DNA of 64,000 bases from Myxococcota bacterium (GTDB lineage Bacteria; Myxococcota_A; UBA796; CAJQPC01), in the NCBI GenBank assembly GCA_036012755.1, contig DASCPX010000040.1, forward strand, positions 1-64,000, read 5' to 3'. A program made the position numbers and the translations under genes. Of this stretch, positions 28,908 through 39,054 are shown in pieces. Each line of letters starts with the position of its first letter. The first letter of the stretch is position 1. Below the pieces are notes generated by a model, which ran no database searches, was not told where the DNA came from, and saw only the letters and a list, made by a program, of their open reading frames with translations.

Positions 28908-29786
28908 ATGTTCCTGGCGCTCACACTTGCCTGCAGCGACTACGAGTACTCCGAGATCGGGTACACGGAGTGGTTCCACCAGCCAGAGGTCTCGGACCAT
29001 GCGGACGTGCTGTTCGTCGTGGACGACTCGGCCTCCATGGCCGAAGAGCAGGACCGCCTGGCCTCCAACTTCGACGTCTTCGCCACCGCCCTGGCCGACT
29101 CCTATGCGGACTTCCAGATCGGCGTGACCACGACCGATCCCGACCACCTCGGCGAGCTCTCCGGTCCGATCCTCACCAGCGACACGCCGGACCTCGAAGA
29201 GGCCTTCTCGGCCGCGGTGACGGTCGGCACAGACGGCAACAGGGACGAGCGGGGCTTCCGAGCGGCCATCGCAGCGCTAGAGCAGAACCCGGAGCTCGTC
29301 CGGCAGTACTCACGGGTCCACGTCATCTTCCTCTCCGACGAGGACGACCACAGCGTCGAGCCCGTCGAGGACTTCGTCGAGAGCCTCACCTGGTACGGCG
29401 AGGCCGACTTCCGGGCCCACGGCATCGTCGGCGACCTCCCCTACGGATGCGCCTCAGGTCGCTCGGCTGCCTCCGCCGGGGCCCGCTACGTGGAGGCGAT
29501 CGAGCTCACAGAGGGCTACCGCGACTCGATCTGCGCGGACGACTACAGCGACATCCTCCAGCGCATCGCCCTCCAGGTGATCGGCTGGAACGACACCTTC
29601 GCGCTGGCCAGGCTGCCGGATCCGGAGACGCTGAAGGTCTGGGTCGACACCGTCGCGATGCCCCAGCGCGCAGTCGATGGCTGGACCTACGCGCCGGGAG
29701 ACAACGCCATCCTCTTCCACGGTCGAGCCGTGCCGCGCCCGGGCATGGAAGTGCTCGTCGAATACCTCCCTCTCATGGGGTCCTGA
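28908..29786 (+). CDS. vWA-domain lipoprotein
   Basis: MFLALTLAC; DVLFVVDDSASM, IGVTTTD, IFLSDEDD. Confidence 0.75.
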   Translation: MFLALTLACSDYEYSEIGYTEWFHQPEVSDHADVLFVVDDSASMAEEQDRLASNFDVFATALADSYADFQIGVTTTDPDHLGELSGPILTSDTPDLEEAFSAAVTVGTDGNRDERGFRAAIAALEQNPELVRQYSRVHVIFLSDEDDHSVEPVEDFVESLTWYGEADFRAHGIVGDLPYGCASGRSAASAGARYVEAIELTEGYRDSICADDYSDILQRIALQVIGWNDTFALARLPDPETLKVWVDTVAMPQRAVDGWTYAPGDNAILFHGRAVPRPGMEVLVEYLPLMGS

Positions 29787-30418
29787 TGCTGCTGTTGTTC
29801 GCCTGCACCTCTGGCGAGGTCACCGAGTCCTCGCCGCCGGACTCCGAGTCGACGGAGAACGAGGCTCCATCGATCCCCACCGTGACCTTCGGACCCGACA
29901 AGCCGGACACCACGGACGACATCACCTGCGTCGGCGCATCAGAGGACCCCGAGGGCGGGGACATCACCTACAGCTACACCTGGACCTACTACGACGACGT
30001 GCTCGGCACGGAGCAGGACCTCTCCTCCGAGCTCACCAGCGTGTCGCAGCAGCTGACCTGTGCGGTCGTGGCGACCGACGAGGCTGGTCTGGCCTCCGAG
30101 CCTGGCTCGGCCAGCATCAGCATCTACAACGCTCCTCCGGGGCTCGCGGAGATCGCCATCGAGCCGGCGGAGCCCACGACCAGCGACACCCTCACCTGCG
30201 TGATCGTGACCGAGGCATCGGACCCAGACGATCACCCCCTGACCTACGTCTACTTCTGGATCGAGGAGAAGGACGAGCTGGATCCCGGCTTCGTCGAGAG
30301 CACCCTCGATCCCGACCAGACCTACCCGGGCCAGACGTTGGCCTGCCAGGTCAACGCCTTCGACAGCATCGACTACGGCGAGCCCCAGCTCGTCCAGGTC
30401 ACCATCGCCGCCGACTGA
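29786..30418 (+). CDS. lipoprotein with two Ig/PKD-like repeats
   Basis: MLLLFAC (TGATG-coupled); repeated N..P....I.P..P.T.D..TC...DP....TY.Y.W. Confidence 0.75.
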   Translation: MLLLFACTSGEVTESSPPDSESTENEAPSIPTVTFGPDKPDTTDDITCVGASEDPEGGDITYSYTWTYYDDVLGTEQDLSSELTSVSQQLTCAVVATDEAGLASEPGSASISIYNAPPGLAEIAIEPAEPTTSDTLTCVIVTEASDPDDHPLTYVYFWIEEKDELDPGFVESTLDPDQTYPGQTLACQVNAFDSIDYGEPQLVQVTIAAD

Positions 30419-30439
30419 GACAAAGGCCCGAGACCGGTC

Positions 30440-32515
30440 TCAGCGCTCCGTCAGGTCCACCGACCCACCGACCGTGTGCTCCAGGTCCCCGTCGAGGGAG
30501 ACGAAGACGAGCTCAGCGTCGGTCTCGACCGTCCACCCCTCCAGCTCCAGCTCCGTCGCTCCACCGGTCAGCCACACCAGGTCCCGCCCATCGACGAGCC
30601 AGGCCCCCTGGCCGACCGACTCGACCGACAGACGCTCACCACTGATCTCGTAAGGTGCGATTATCGCGACGAATCCCGGCTCCACAGCGGTCACGACGCC
30701 GTCGATGACACGGTGGTGGCGGGCGTCCTGCTCCCCGTCGATCTCGTGCACGTGTGGGCGCTCGTACTCGACGAACTCCGGCTCCTCGAGGACCAGCCCC
30801 GCCTCGGTGGAGGCGAGGAAGACCTCGACCCCTGCCAGGTCCCGCTCCCAGGCCGCCTTGCTGCCCTCCAGCTCGAAGCTGCCTCCGATGCTCTCGTGAC
30901 CAGCCCAGCCCCCGAGGCGCCAGCGATGCTCCCTCGACGCGGCCTCGCTGTCCAGTCGATCGGCGACGAAGAACCAACGATCTCGCACCATTGCAAAGGA
31001 CCTTACGATCTCCGTGTCCTCGTACACGATGCGGGCCTCGACGTAGTCCAGATCCGCCGACAGGAGCTCGTTCTCCAGGTAGGCGTCCGTGTCACCGAAG
31101 TCCGACAAGAGCCCCTTGTCCGGAGGCCCCTGACCTTCGATGAGGATGAGGTTGTGGGCGTCTCCTTGGGCAGTGACCGCGTTGTTCAGCTCATTGGGTT
31201 TGTAGTACCCGGGATCGATGAGCAGGTACTCGCCGTAGGCCGCCACCTGGAAGCTGGTCCCGTCGACGTGATCGTGCAGGGTCTTCCTCGCCGAGCCGTG
31301 CTCCGCGACCACCAGGGCGTAGATGGCGTCCTCGTCCCAGCTCGATCGGAACACCGCGTTTCCGGCGGAGGGCATCACGCGAGAGGTCCAAGGAGGCGCC
31401 TCGCTCCCAGCGTCCTCGGGCATCCAGGCCAGGTGGTAGGGCGTGAGTTCCATGCTCCCCGTCGTCTTGAGCGAATCGGTGGCGTTGGTGGACCAGTCCC
31501 AGGTGCCGAAGCTGCCGTCGGCGAAGGCCTCAATCAGCGGCCCTCCGTTCGGGGAGCCGAAGCGCCCGTCCGCCAGCGGCGGCCGCTCACCCCAGGGAAG
31601 CCGCAGGGCGACCGACCAGGAAAAGGCGTCAGAGAAGCTCTGCGAGAACAGCGGGTTGTCGAACTCGAAGGACTGGCCCTCCACACAGCCGTGGTCCGCC
31701 CAGGGGTCCACGTCCTGCCGGTTGATGCAGGTGCGGGTGTAGGTCGCCTCTGGCCGCGCCCCCTCATGAGCGATGAAGAAGGCCAGCGCCGCGCCCAGGC
31801 CGAAGTGGTAGTACATCGGCCCTTCGCTGATGCCCCCGTCGGCCTGGACGTACTGGCCATCGGGCCCCCAGAGGTAGTCCAACTCGGAGACCGCGAAGTC
31901 GAGCCACTCCTGCGCGTCCGGGTGCTCTGGCAGCGCCAGCCCCACGTAGCCGATGGCGCTGGAAGTTCGTATCGGATGGTTGTTCTGCGAGAAGCCCAGG
32001 GAGATCTGGCGCATCGTCTCGTTCTGTACGTACATCTCGTAGAACTGTTCGTTGATCGAGCCTAGCGTCTCCTCCAGATAGGCCGCGTCCTCATCGGGAT
32101 ACCAGTCGGTCGCCAGCAGCAGATCGTGTGTGTTGCCGTAGCCCATCAGGGGGTAGGGCATGCGGATGTTGACGTCCCAGTCGCCGTTGTCTTCCCAGTC
32201 GTCGTCGAGATGGTGGATGCCCTCGATGGCGCGCGCCGCCGCATCAGCGTCATCGTTCAGCCAGGCGAGGAAGGCGTTGGCCTGGGCCACGGCGGCGTTG
32301 TGTCCGTGATCGGAAGATGACCAGCCGAAAAGAGAGGTCTCCCTGTAGTCCTCTGCCGCCCGGGCCTCGACGACAACCAGCAGGCTGGCATAGGGCTCTG
32401 ACTCGACCCGCTCCAGGATCTCGGCCTTCTGAGAGGCGCGCACCATCAGGCAAGGATGAACGATCTCCACCGGTTGCGGCTCTGACTCGGTACACGCCAG
32501 CAACAGGATCATCAT
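30440..32515 (-). CDS. heparinase II/III family polysaccharide lyase-like lipoprotein
   Basis: NNH, DGG..EG..YY.F, AVFRSSW, HDHVD, LLIDPG and HN motifs. Confidence 0.8.
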   Translation of the reverse strand: MMILLLACTESEPQPVEIVHPCLMVRASQKAEILERVESEPYASLLVVVEARAAEDYRETSLFGWSSSDHGHNAAVAQANAFLAWLNDDADAAARAIEGIHHLDDDWEDNGDWDVNIRMPYPLMGYGNTHDLLLATDWYPDEDAAYLEETLGSINEQFYEMYVQNETMRQISLGFSQNNHPIRTSSAIGYVGLALPEHPDAQEWLDFAVSELDYLWGPDGQYVQADGGISEGPMYYHFGLGAALAFFIAHEGARPEATYTRTCINRQDVDPWADHGCVEGQSFEFDNPLFSQSFSDAFSWSVALRLPWGERPPLADGRFGSPNGGPLIEAFADGSFGTWDWSTNATDSLKTTGSMELTPYHLAWMPEDAGSEAPPWTSRVMPSAGNAVFRSSWDEDAIYALVVAEHGSARKTLHDHVDGTSFQVAAYGEYLLIDPGYYKPNELNNAVTAQGDAHNLILIEGQGPPDKGLLSDFGDTDAYLENELLSADLDYVEARIVYEDTEIVRSFAMVRDRWFFVADRLDSEAASREHRWRLGGWAGHESIGGSFELEGSKAAWERDLAGVEVFLASTEAGLVLEEPEFVEYERPHVHEIDGEQDARHHRVIDGVVTAVEPGFVAIIAPYEISGERLSVESVGQGAWLVDGRDLVWLTGGATELELEGWTVETDAELVFVSLDGDLEHTVGGSVDLTER

Positions 32516-33621
32516 CGAGCGCTCCCGTCGACCTCGGACAACAGCATCACGACGCTGCCGACCCCCAGGATGATGTCGTCCAGCTGGGCCACCGACACGT
32601 AGTAGTCGTAGTCGCCGGGGTTGGTGCCGAAGCTGGTGCCCTCGACGACCAGGTCCTCTGTGACGCGATCGCCGACCCCGTCGACCGCGGCGGTGACGGA
32701 GACCCGCCAGGCCTCTCCCTCCAGGGCTCCGCTGTCGAGGCCCACCTCGAAGGCGTAGGCGATGAGGGCAGAGCCCGAGGTCTCGGTGTAGTTGCCAGCG
32801 CCAGTCGGCCGGTTGAGCACCGTGTACCAGAGGCCGTCATCGGCCTGAAGACTCCGAGTCGCCTCCGCGTGCTCGAGAAACAGCGGCTGGATCGTGTCCC
32901 AGGCCGGGTCGTCTGGCCCGACGATGCGCAGCATCTCTGCAGCGGAGACCAGCACCCACGAGTTGCCGCGGTTCCAGTAGACCGCGTCGAGGGGGATGTT
33001 CTCTCCGGCGACATCGTCCCAGGCGTGGCGGTAGAGGCCGTCCTCGCCACGGCAGAGCTCGGAGAACAGCAGGTACTGCTCGACCCAGGCCTCGAGGTGG
33101 GCGCGGTCGCCGGTGCGCTGGTACTCGGAGAGGAGGAAGACGCCGAACATGAACTGGGAGTCCACCCAGACCTGGCCTATCTCCCCGAAGGCCGAGCCCT
33201 CCGCCCAGTGTTCGATCGCACCGCTGTCCGTGCGCGGGGCCGCATCCAGGTAGGCATGCGCGGCCTCCGTGATCGGCTCGAGCTCGAGGCTGGGCTCCTC
33301 GACCATCACGCTGGAGGCGAGCAGAGCCGGGGACATCGAGTCGCTGGAGTGGAAGGTCCTGGGGTCGTCGCCGGTGAATCCATCCACGTGGTCCTCCATC
33401 CACGCAGCGTCGAGGCCCAGCCAGGCGTCATCGCCGGAGGCCAGGTGCAGGCGAAGGAGTCCGTAGCCCCAGACCGTCTGCATCCAGTCGAAGGGCAGGT
33501 CCTCGACCGGCCAGGTCTGGGCGCCACGCTCGGCCAGCGCGGCGGCCAGGGCAAGCGTCTCGTGAGCGCCCTCGCCCGTGTCGGCGGGCTCTCCAGTACA
33601 AGCTGTGAGAAACAGGACCAC
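32512..33621 (-). CDS. glycoside hydrolase family 88/105 lipoprotein
   Basis: QVWVDSQFM, GLYRHAW, WNRGNSW, GLWYTVL, ETSGSA; start inferred at GTG 33621 (VVLFLTAC). Confidence 0.82.
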   Translation of the reverse strand: MVLFLTACTGEPADTGEGAHETLALAAALAERGAQTWPVEDLPFDWMQTVWGYGLLRLHLASGDDAWLGLDAAWMEDHVDGFTGDDPRTFHSSDSMSPALLASSVMVEEPSLELEPITEAAHAYLDAAPRTDSGAIEHWAEGSAFGEIGQVWVDSQFMFGVFLLSEYQRTGDRAHLEAWVEQYLLFSELCRGEDGLYRHAWDDVAGENIPLDAVYWNRGNSWVLVSAAEMLRIVGPDDPAWDTIQPLFLEHAEATRSLQADDGLWYTVLNRPTGAGNYTETSGSALIAYAFEVGLDSGALEGEAWRVSVTAAVDGVGDRVTEDLVVEGTSFGTNPGDYDYYVSVAQLDDIILGVGSVVMLLSEVDGSAR

Positions 33622-33622
33622 G

Positions 33623-34054
33623 GTGAAAACGATAACGGTCACGCTTCCGTCTGGCGCGCCTACTGGAGATGTCGGACTCACCCTCGCCCTCGTGGTCTGG
33701 TGGATGGCCTGGTACGGCCGCGCCCCGGGAAGGGCCGTCGTCCCAGGACTGCTCGGGGGCTCGCTGGCATTCGGCGCCCCACTGCTGGCCCGGCTCGGCG
33801 GCTTCGTGTCCCTCGGCTGCGGCGCCACTCCCAGCTGCCTGACCGCTGCCATCGCTGGAGGCGTGGGCGCTGGCGTGCTGGTCGCCCTGATCTCCAGGGG
33901 ACGCTTCCAGGCCCTGCTGTGGGGCCTGGCCGTGGCGGGTGGCCTGGCGGCCCTGACCTGCCTGCCCCTCGGGGGAACCGCGCTGCTCGCTGCAGGAGCC
34001 GCCGCCGCCATCTCCGCGCCCCTCGTGAGGCTGGTTCGCCCAGCCACCGCCTGA
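33623..34054 (+). CDS. small membrane protein
   Basis: Four to five hydrophobic segments; start uncertain. Confidence 0.5.
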   Translation: MKTITVTLPSGAPTGDVGLTLALVVWWMAWYGRAPGRAVVPGLLGGSLAFGAPLLARLGGFVSLGCGATPSCLTAAIAGGVGAGVLVALISRGRFQALLWGLAVAGGLAALTCLPLGGTALLAAGAAAAISAPLVRLVRPATA

Positions 34055-34089
34055 AGGAACTTCCCAGGTAGGATCGCGTCCAAGGCCCC

Positions 34090-34491
34090 ATGCTCCTATT
34101 CGTACTGTCCTGCGGCCCGAAGAAGCCGCCTCCCGTCGCCATCGCAGCCCCCGTCGAGGGATTCGGCCTGTCGAAGGAGGTGCCGGTCCACGTCTGCCTG
34201 CCTGACGGCGAGCAGCTCTACCTGGCCAGCCTGCAGTGCCCTGATGGCTCTCCGCCGAGCTTCGCGCGCGCCGGCAACGTCGGCCCCAGGAACTCGGTGC
34301 CCGACGACCAGATGATGGCGATGATCGACCCCTACTACGTGCTGCCAGAGGGACAGATCGACGGACACATCATCGACCTCTACGAGGTGCTCTGCGCTGA
34401 TGGGTCGCGAGTCGACGTGTACATGGACATGTACCACTGCACAGACCCCCACCCGCTGTTGTCGGTGGACGTGCTCAGTCCTCGAGAGTGA
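34090..34491 (+). CDS. hypothetical Cys-rich lipoprotein
   Basis: MLLFVLSC; YLASLQCPDG...IIDLYEVLC...YMDMYHC. Confidence 0.7.
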   Translation: MLLFVLSCGPKKPPPVAIAAPVEGFGLSKEVPVHVCLPDGEQLYLASLQCPDGSPPSFARAGNVGPRNSVPDDQMMAMIDPYYVLPEGQIDGHIIDLYEVLCADGSRVDVYMDMYHCTDPHPLLSVDVLSPRE

Positions 34492-34500
34492 AGCTCCGAG

Positions 34501-35292
34501 CTACTCCCCGAGCCAGGAGTCCAGGACCAGGGTAGTGGCCTCCGGGCTCCAGCCGTGACCGTTTCCACCCAGCTCGATGCTGTGGAAGACGTACTCGTGG
34601 CCGTGCTCTTCGAGGTCCTCGACGAGCTGCTCGGAGTAGCGGTACGGCACGACCTCGTCGTCCGGGTCGTGCACGACGACGAAGGGCAGCTTCGGGTCCG
34701 GCTCCGGGTCCGGGTAGTCGAAGTAGCCCCCGATGCCAGCGGACATCACCACCGCAGAGGTGATCCCGCGCGGCTCGTAGAGCCCCCAGTAGCAAGCCAT
34801 GTGCCCACCGGCGGAGGTGCCCGCGAAGGTGACTCGCGCCAGGTCGATGTCGTAGCGGCTCGCGGCGTCTGCGATCATCGCCTCCATCTGGGGCACGAGC
34901 TCGAGGGACCATCCGTGCTCCTGGGGGCCCTCGGCGTCCTCCAGGAAGGGCACCATCAGGACGTAGCCGCGCTCCTCTGCCTCGTAGGGCAGCATCGAGC
35001 CCATCGGATCCATCCAGAAGCCGTCCCGCACGGAGCCGGCCTGGTTGCCGCCGTGCCCGAAGAGCAACAGCGGAGCACACTCGGTGGACGCCAGAGGCAC
35101 ATAGAGCCAGTAGCTCTGGCCGTCAGCCTCGAAGAAGTCATAGCCGACCCCACCTCCAGCGCCTCCCGAGCAGTCCGGCTCGACCGTGTCGTCACTGTCG
35201 GGGCTCCCCGACTCGACGATCAGGCTGTCGTCTCCGCCTTGGCGGCCCACGAAGACGGAATCGCACGCGAGAAGGGTCCAGAGCATCGGCAT
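34501..35292 (-). CDS. alpha/beta hydrolase (esterase/depolymerase-like) lipoprotein
   Basis: HGG, GTSAGG nucleophile elbow, DEVVP, GH. Confidence 0.82.
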   Translation of the reverse strand: MPMLWTLLACDSVFVGRQGGDDSLIVESGSPDSDDTVEPDCSGGAGGGVGYDFFEADGQSYWLYVPLASTECAPLLLFGHGGNQAGSVRDGFWMDPMGSMLPYEAEERGYVLMVPFLEDAEGPQEHGWSLELVPQMEAMIADAASRYDIDLARVTFAGTSAGGHMACYWGLYEPRGITSAVVMSAGIGGYFDYPDPEPDPKLPFVVVHDPDDEVVPYRYSEQLVEDLEEHGHEYVFHSIELGGNGHGWSPEATTLVLDSWLGE

Positions 35293-35330
35293 GAAGCGAC
35301 CTTAGCCGGTTAGTCCCGAGGTCCACCGAG

Positions 35331-36632
35331 GTGTTGATGACACTGTTGATGCTGGGCTCGGCGATCGCGTCGGAGCTGACGATTCCTCACGAGATCTACG
35401 AACTGGACAACGGGCTCACGGTCATCCTGGCAGAGGATCACGACGTCCCCATCGTGCAGGTCAACCTCTGGTACCACGTCGGCAGCAAGGACGAGGTCGA
35501 GGGCCGCACCGGCTTCGCCCACCTCTTCGAGCACCTGATGTTCCAGGGCTCGGACAACAACGAGCAGGACTACTTCACCCACCTCCAAGAGGTCGGGGGA
35601 CGCGTCAACGGCACGACGAACCTCGACCGGACGAACTACTTCGAGGGCGTCCCCGCCGAATACCTCCCGCTCGCTCTGTGGTCCGAAGCAGACCGCATGG
35701 GCTGGCTCATCGTCGACCAGGAGCGTCTCGCCAACCAGCAGGACGTCGTCCGCAACGAGCGCCGTCAGCGCTACGAGAATCGACCCTACGGGACGAGCTG
35801 GATCAGCCTCCTGGAGAACGTCTTCCCAGAGGGCCACCCCTACCACCACCCGACGATCGGCAACCACGAGGACCTGGAGGCCGCGACCCTCGAGGACGTC
35901 CAGGCCTTCTTCGACACCTGGTACGTGCCCAACAACGCCTCGCTCGTGATCTGCGGCGACTTCGAGCCCGGCACGGCCAAGGAGCTCGTCGAGCTCTACT
36001 TCGGCGAGATCCCCGCCTCCACCGAGCCGACCCACGCAGTCGCTCCGGAGTACAGCCTCGACGAGGAGATCGTCGTCCGCCAGGTCGAAGAAGGCGTCCC
36101 CCACGACCGGGTCTGGATCGCCTGGCCCTCTCCAGCGCTCTATGCCCCCGGAGACGCCGAACTCGACCTCGCCAGCGCGGCGCTGACCGACGGGAAGGAA
36201 GGCCGCCTAACCAGGGCGCTGGTGATGGAAGAGCAGATCGCCAAGAGCGTCGATGCATACCAGGCCAGCTTTGGGCTGGGCTCGATGTACGTCATCGAGG
36301 CCACCGCGGCGAAGGGACACACCACGGACGAGCTCGTGAAGCGCATCGATGAGATCGTCGCCGACTTCATCGAGCAGGGGCCCACGGCAGAGGAGATCGC
36401 CGTCGGCCAGACCGCCTACGAAGTCCGCTTCATCAAGGGCCTCGGCACGGTGCATGCCAAGTCCAACAAGCTGAACAGCTACTACTACTTCACGGGTGAC
36501 CCGGACTGGGTGGAAGAGGACCTCCAGCGCTACCTCGACGCCTCGGACGAGAGCGTCAAGGCCGCCCTCCAGGAGACCCTCGGCAGCCCTGGCCGCCTCG
36601 TACTCCACATCGGCCCCGGGGAGGTGGAGTGA
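35331..36632 (+). CDS. M16 family zinc peptidase, catalytic subunit
   Basis: LDNGL, GFAHLFEHLMF (HxxEH), DRTNYF, NERR. Confidence 0.93.
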   Translation: MLMTLLMLGSAIASELTIPHEIYELDNGLTVILAEDHDVPIVQVNLWYHVGSKDEVEGRTGFAHLFEHLMFQGSDNNEQDYFTHLQEVGGRVNGTTNLDRTNYFEGVPAEYLPLALWSEADRMGWLIVDQERLANQQDVVRNERRQRYENRPYGTSWISLLENVFPEGHPYHHPTIGNHEDLEAATLEDVQAFFDTWYVPNNASLVICGDFEPGTAKELVELYFGEIPASTEPTHAVAPEYSLDEEIVVRQVEEGVPHDRVWIAWPSPALYAPGDAELDLASAALTDGKEGRLTRALVMEEQIAKSVDAYQASFGLGSMYVIEATAAKGHTTDELVKRIDEIVADFIEQGPTAEEIAVGQTAYEVRFIKGLGTVHAKSNKLNSYYYFTGDPDWVEEDLQRYLDASDESVKAALQETLGSPGRLVLHIGPGEVE

Positions 36633-38068
36633 TGCTGCTCTTCGCCATCATGGTCGGCTGCCCCAAGAAGACTCCAGATGTCGTCCCCGTCGAGGCCCCG
36701 CCCTTCGACCGCAGCGTCCGCCCCGCGCCACTGGACCGAGGCGAGTTCGCTTTGCCAGAGGCCCACACCGGCGCTCTCTCCAACGGCCTCACTGTCATCG
36801 TGGTGGAGAACCACGAGTTGCCACTGTTCGAGCTCCGCATGGTCAGCCGAGCAGGCACGTGGACGGATCCGGAGGGTCGAGAGGGCCTGGCCAACGCAAC
36901 GATGGACATGCTCAACGAGGGCACCCGAGAGCACGACGCCATCAGCCTGTCCGCGGCGCTGCGGGCCCTCGGCTCCTCGGTCGGCTCTTCGGCAGGCCTC
37001 GACTCCTCCAGCGTCTCCGCCTCCGGCTTGAAGAAGAACCTCGAGCCGACCCTGGATCTCTGGGCCGAAGTGCTCCTGCAGCCGACCTTCCCCGAGAGCG
37101 AGTGGGAGCGCATCGAGAAGCAGAGCCTGCAGGCCATCGAGGCCTCGCGAAAGGACCCCAACGACATCGCGGGGCGGGTCTTCGATCGAGTGCTCTACGG
37201 CGAGGTCTACGACGGCCGCTTCCGCACACCGGAGAGCGTCGGGAGCCTCGACGTCGAGCAGATGAAGGCCTGGTACACGGCGCACTTCGTACCCGCCAAC
37301 AGCATCGTGCTCGTCGGCGGCGACACGACCCTGTCGGAGATCACACCTCTGCTCGAATCCCGCATCGGAAGCTGGGAAGCCGGCGATGCCCTCGAGGCGC
37401 CGAGCTTCGAGACCACACAACCAGCGATTACGACCCTCTACGTCGTCCACAAGGCGGACGCCGCCCAGTCGGTGATCCGGGCCGGACGCTTCGTGCCCGA
37501 TCGCGGCAGCGACAGCTGGAACGACCTCTACCTCGGCAACACCGTCTTCGGAGGCATGTTCACCGCGCGCCTGAACATGAACCTACGCGAGGACAAGGGC
37601 TGGACTTACGGAGCCAGATCAACGATCTGGCATGGTTACGGGGCATCCGGGTGGATGGCCTACACCTCGGTGGTGTCCGAGCAGACAGCACCTTCGGTGA
37701 GTGAGATCCTCGCCGAGCTCGCTGGTGTCGGTGCTGAGTCGCCCCTGTCCCCGGACGAGGTCGCCTACATGAAGTCGAGCCGCATCCACGGCTACCCAGC
37801 GCGCTTCGAGAACGTTGGCTCCACCCTCGGCTCGGAGAGCGACACCTGGCTCTACGGCCTGCCGGACGACTTCGCCGACACCTACCTCTCTCGGATGGAA
37901 GCTGTCACCCCAGAGGGGGCGCAGAGTGCGTTCTCCGAGTACGTGAGTACACAGGCACTGTCGATCCTCGTCGTCGGCGACCTCGAGAAGAACCGGGAGG
38001 CGCTCGCCGCCCTCGGCCTTCCGATGGTGGAGCTCGATGTAGAGGGAGACCCCATCTCCAAGGAGTGA
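36629..38068 (+). CDS. M16 family peptidase, non-catalytic lipoprotein subunit
   Basis: LSNGL, no HxxEH, RLNMNLREDKGWTYG. Confidence 0.88.
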   Translation: MMLLFAIMVGCPKKTPDVVPVEAPPFDRSVRPAPLDRGEFALPEAHTGALSNGLTVIVVENHELPLFELRMVSRAGTWTDPEGREGLANATMDMLNEGTREHDAISLSAALRALGSSVGSSAGLDSSSVSASGLKKNLEPTLDLWAEVLLQPTFPESEWERIEKQSLQAIEASRKDPNDIAGRVFDRVLYGEVYDGRFRTPESVGSLDVEQMKAWYTAHFVPANSIVLVGGDTTLSEITPLLESRIGSWEAGDALEAPSFETTQPAITTLYVVHKADAAQSVIRAGRFVPDRGSDSWNDLYLGNTVFGGMFTARLNMNLREDKGWTYGARSTIWHGYGASGWMAYTSVVSEQTAPSVSEILAELAGVGAESPLSPDEVAYMKSSRIHGYPARFENVGSTLGSESDTWLYGLPDDFADTYLSRMEAVTPEGAQSAFSEYVSTQALSILVVGDLEKNREALAALGLPMVELDVEGDPISKE

Positions 38069-38071
38069 GTC

Positions 38072-39010
38072 GTGTCCATCAAGAGTGATTTCATCTGGAT
38101 GGACGGGGATCTGGTCCCCTTCGACCAGGCCACGGTGCACGTCCTCAGCCACACGCTGCACTACGGGCTCGGCGTCTTCGAGGGTATCCGCGCCTACGAA
38201 CAGGCGCCGGGCGTCGGGGGCGTGTTCAAGCTCGACGACCACCTCGAGCGCCTCTTCGACTCCGCGAAGATGTGCATGATCAAGGTGCCCTTCTCCTACG
38301 ACCAGCTTCGCGACGCCTGCCTGGAGACCCTGCGCATCAACAGGCTGACAGAGGGCTACATCCGCCCGCTGATCTGGCTGGGGAGCGGACAGATGGGGCT
38401 CGGAGCTCGCGGAAACCAGGTCCACGTGGGCATCGCGGTCTGGAAGTGGGGGGCCTACCTCGGAGAGGGCCTGACCAAGGGCATCCGGGCCGGAACGAGC
38501 AGCTTCACCCGTCACGCCGTGAACTCGAACCTGCAGCGCGCGAAGGTCACCGGTCACTACGTCAACAGCATCCTCGCCCGCTACGAAGCCAACAAAAACG
38601 GCTACGACGAGGCGATCATGCTCGACCACAACGGCTACGTCGCCGAGGGCACGGGCGAGAACCTCTTCGCCATGCGGCGGGGGAAGATCAAGACCCCCAG
38701 CATCACGAACATCCTGGGCGGCATCACCCGCAAGACCGCCATCCAGATCCTGCATGAGCTGGGCTACCCCGTCATCGAGACCCAGTTCGGTCGGGACCTG
38801 CTGTATGTCGCGGACGAGGTCTTCATGACCGGAACCGCCGCCGAGATCACCCCGGTCATCGAGGTCGATCACCGCGTCGTCGGCGCTCCCAACGAGCTCG
38901 GCGAGGGCAGCCCGGGCGCGCTCACGCTGCAGATACAGGACATCTACCTGCGTGGCGTGCGCGGCCAGGTGGACTGGATGAGGCCCTTCATCACCCGCTT
39001 CGAGGTCTGA
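38072..39010 (+). CDS. ilvE: branched-chain amino acid aminotransferase
   Basis: LHYG.GVFEGIRAY, AKVTGHY, EGTGEN, GITR, GTAAE. Confidence 0.96.
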   Translation: MSIKSDFIWMDGDLVPFDQATVHVLSHTLHYGLGVFEGIRAYEQAPGVGGVFKLDDHLERLFDSAKMCMIKVPFSYDQLRDACLETLRINRLTEGYIRPLIWLGSGQMGLGARGNQVHVGIAVWKWGAYLGEGLTKGIRAGTSSFTRHAVNSNLQRAKVTGHYVNSILARYEANKNGYDEAIMLDHNGYVAEGTGENLFAMRRGKIKTPSITNILGGITRKTAIQILHELGYPVIETQFGRDLLYVADEVFMTGTAAEITPVIEVDHRVVGAPNELGEGSPGALTLQIQDIYLRGVRGQVDWMRPFITRFEV

Positions 39011-39054
39011 TCGGGCGGACAGAATCTGGCAGGTCGCGGCGTTACCCCGACGGG

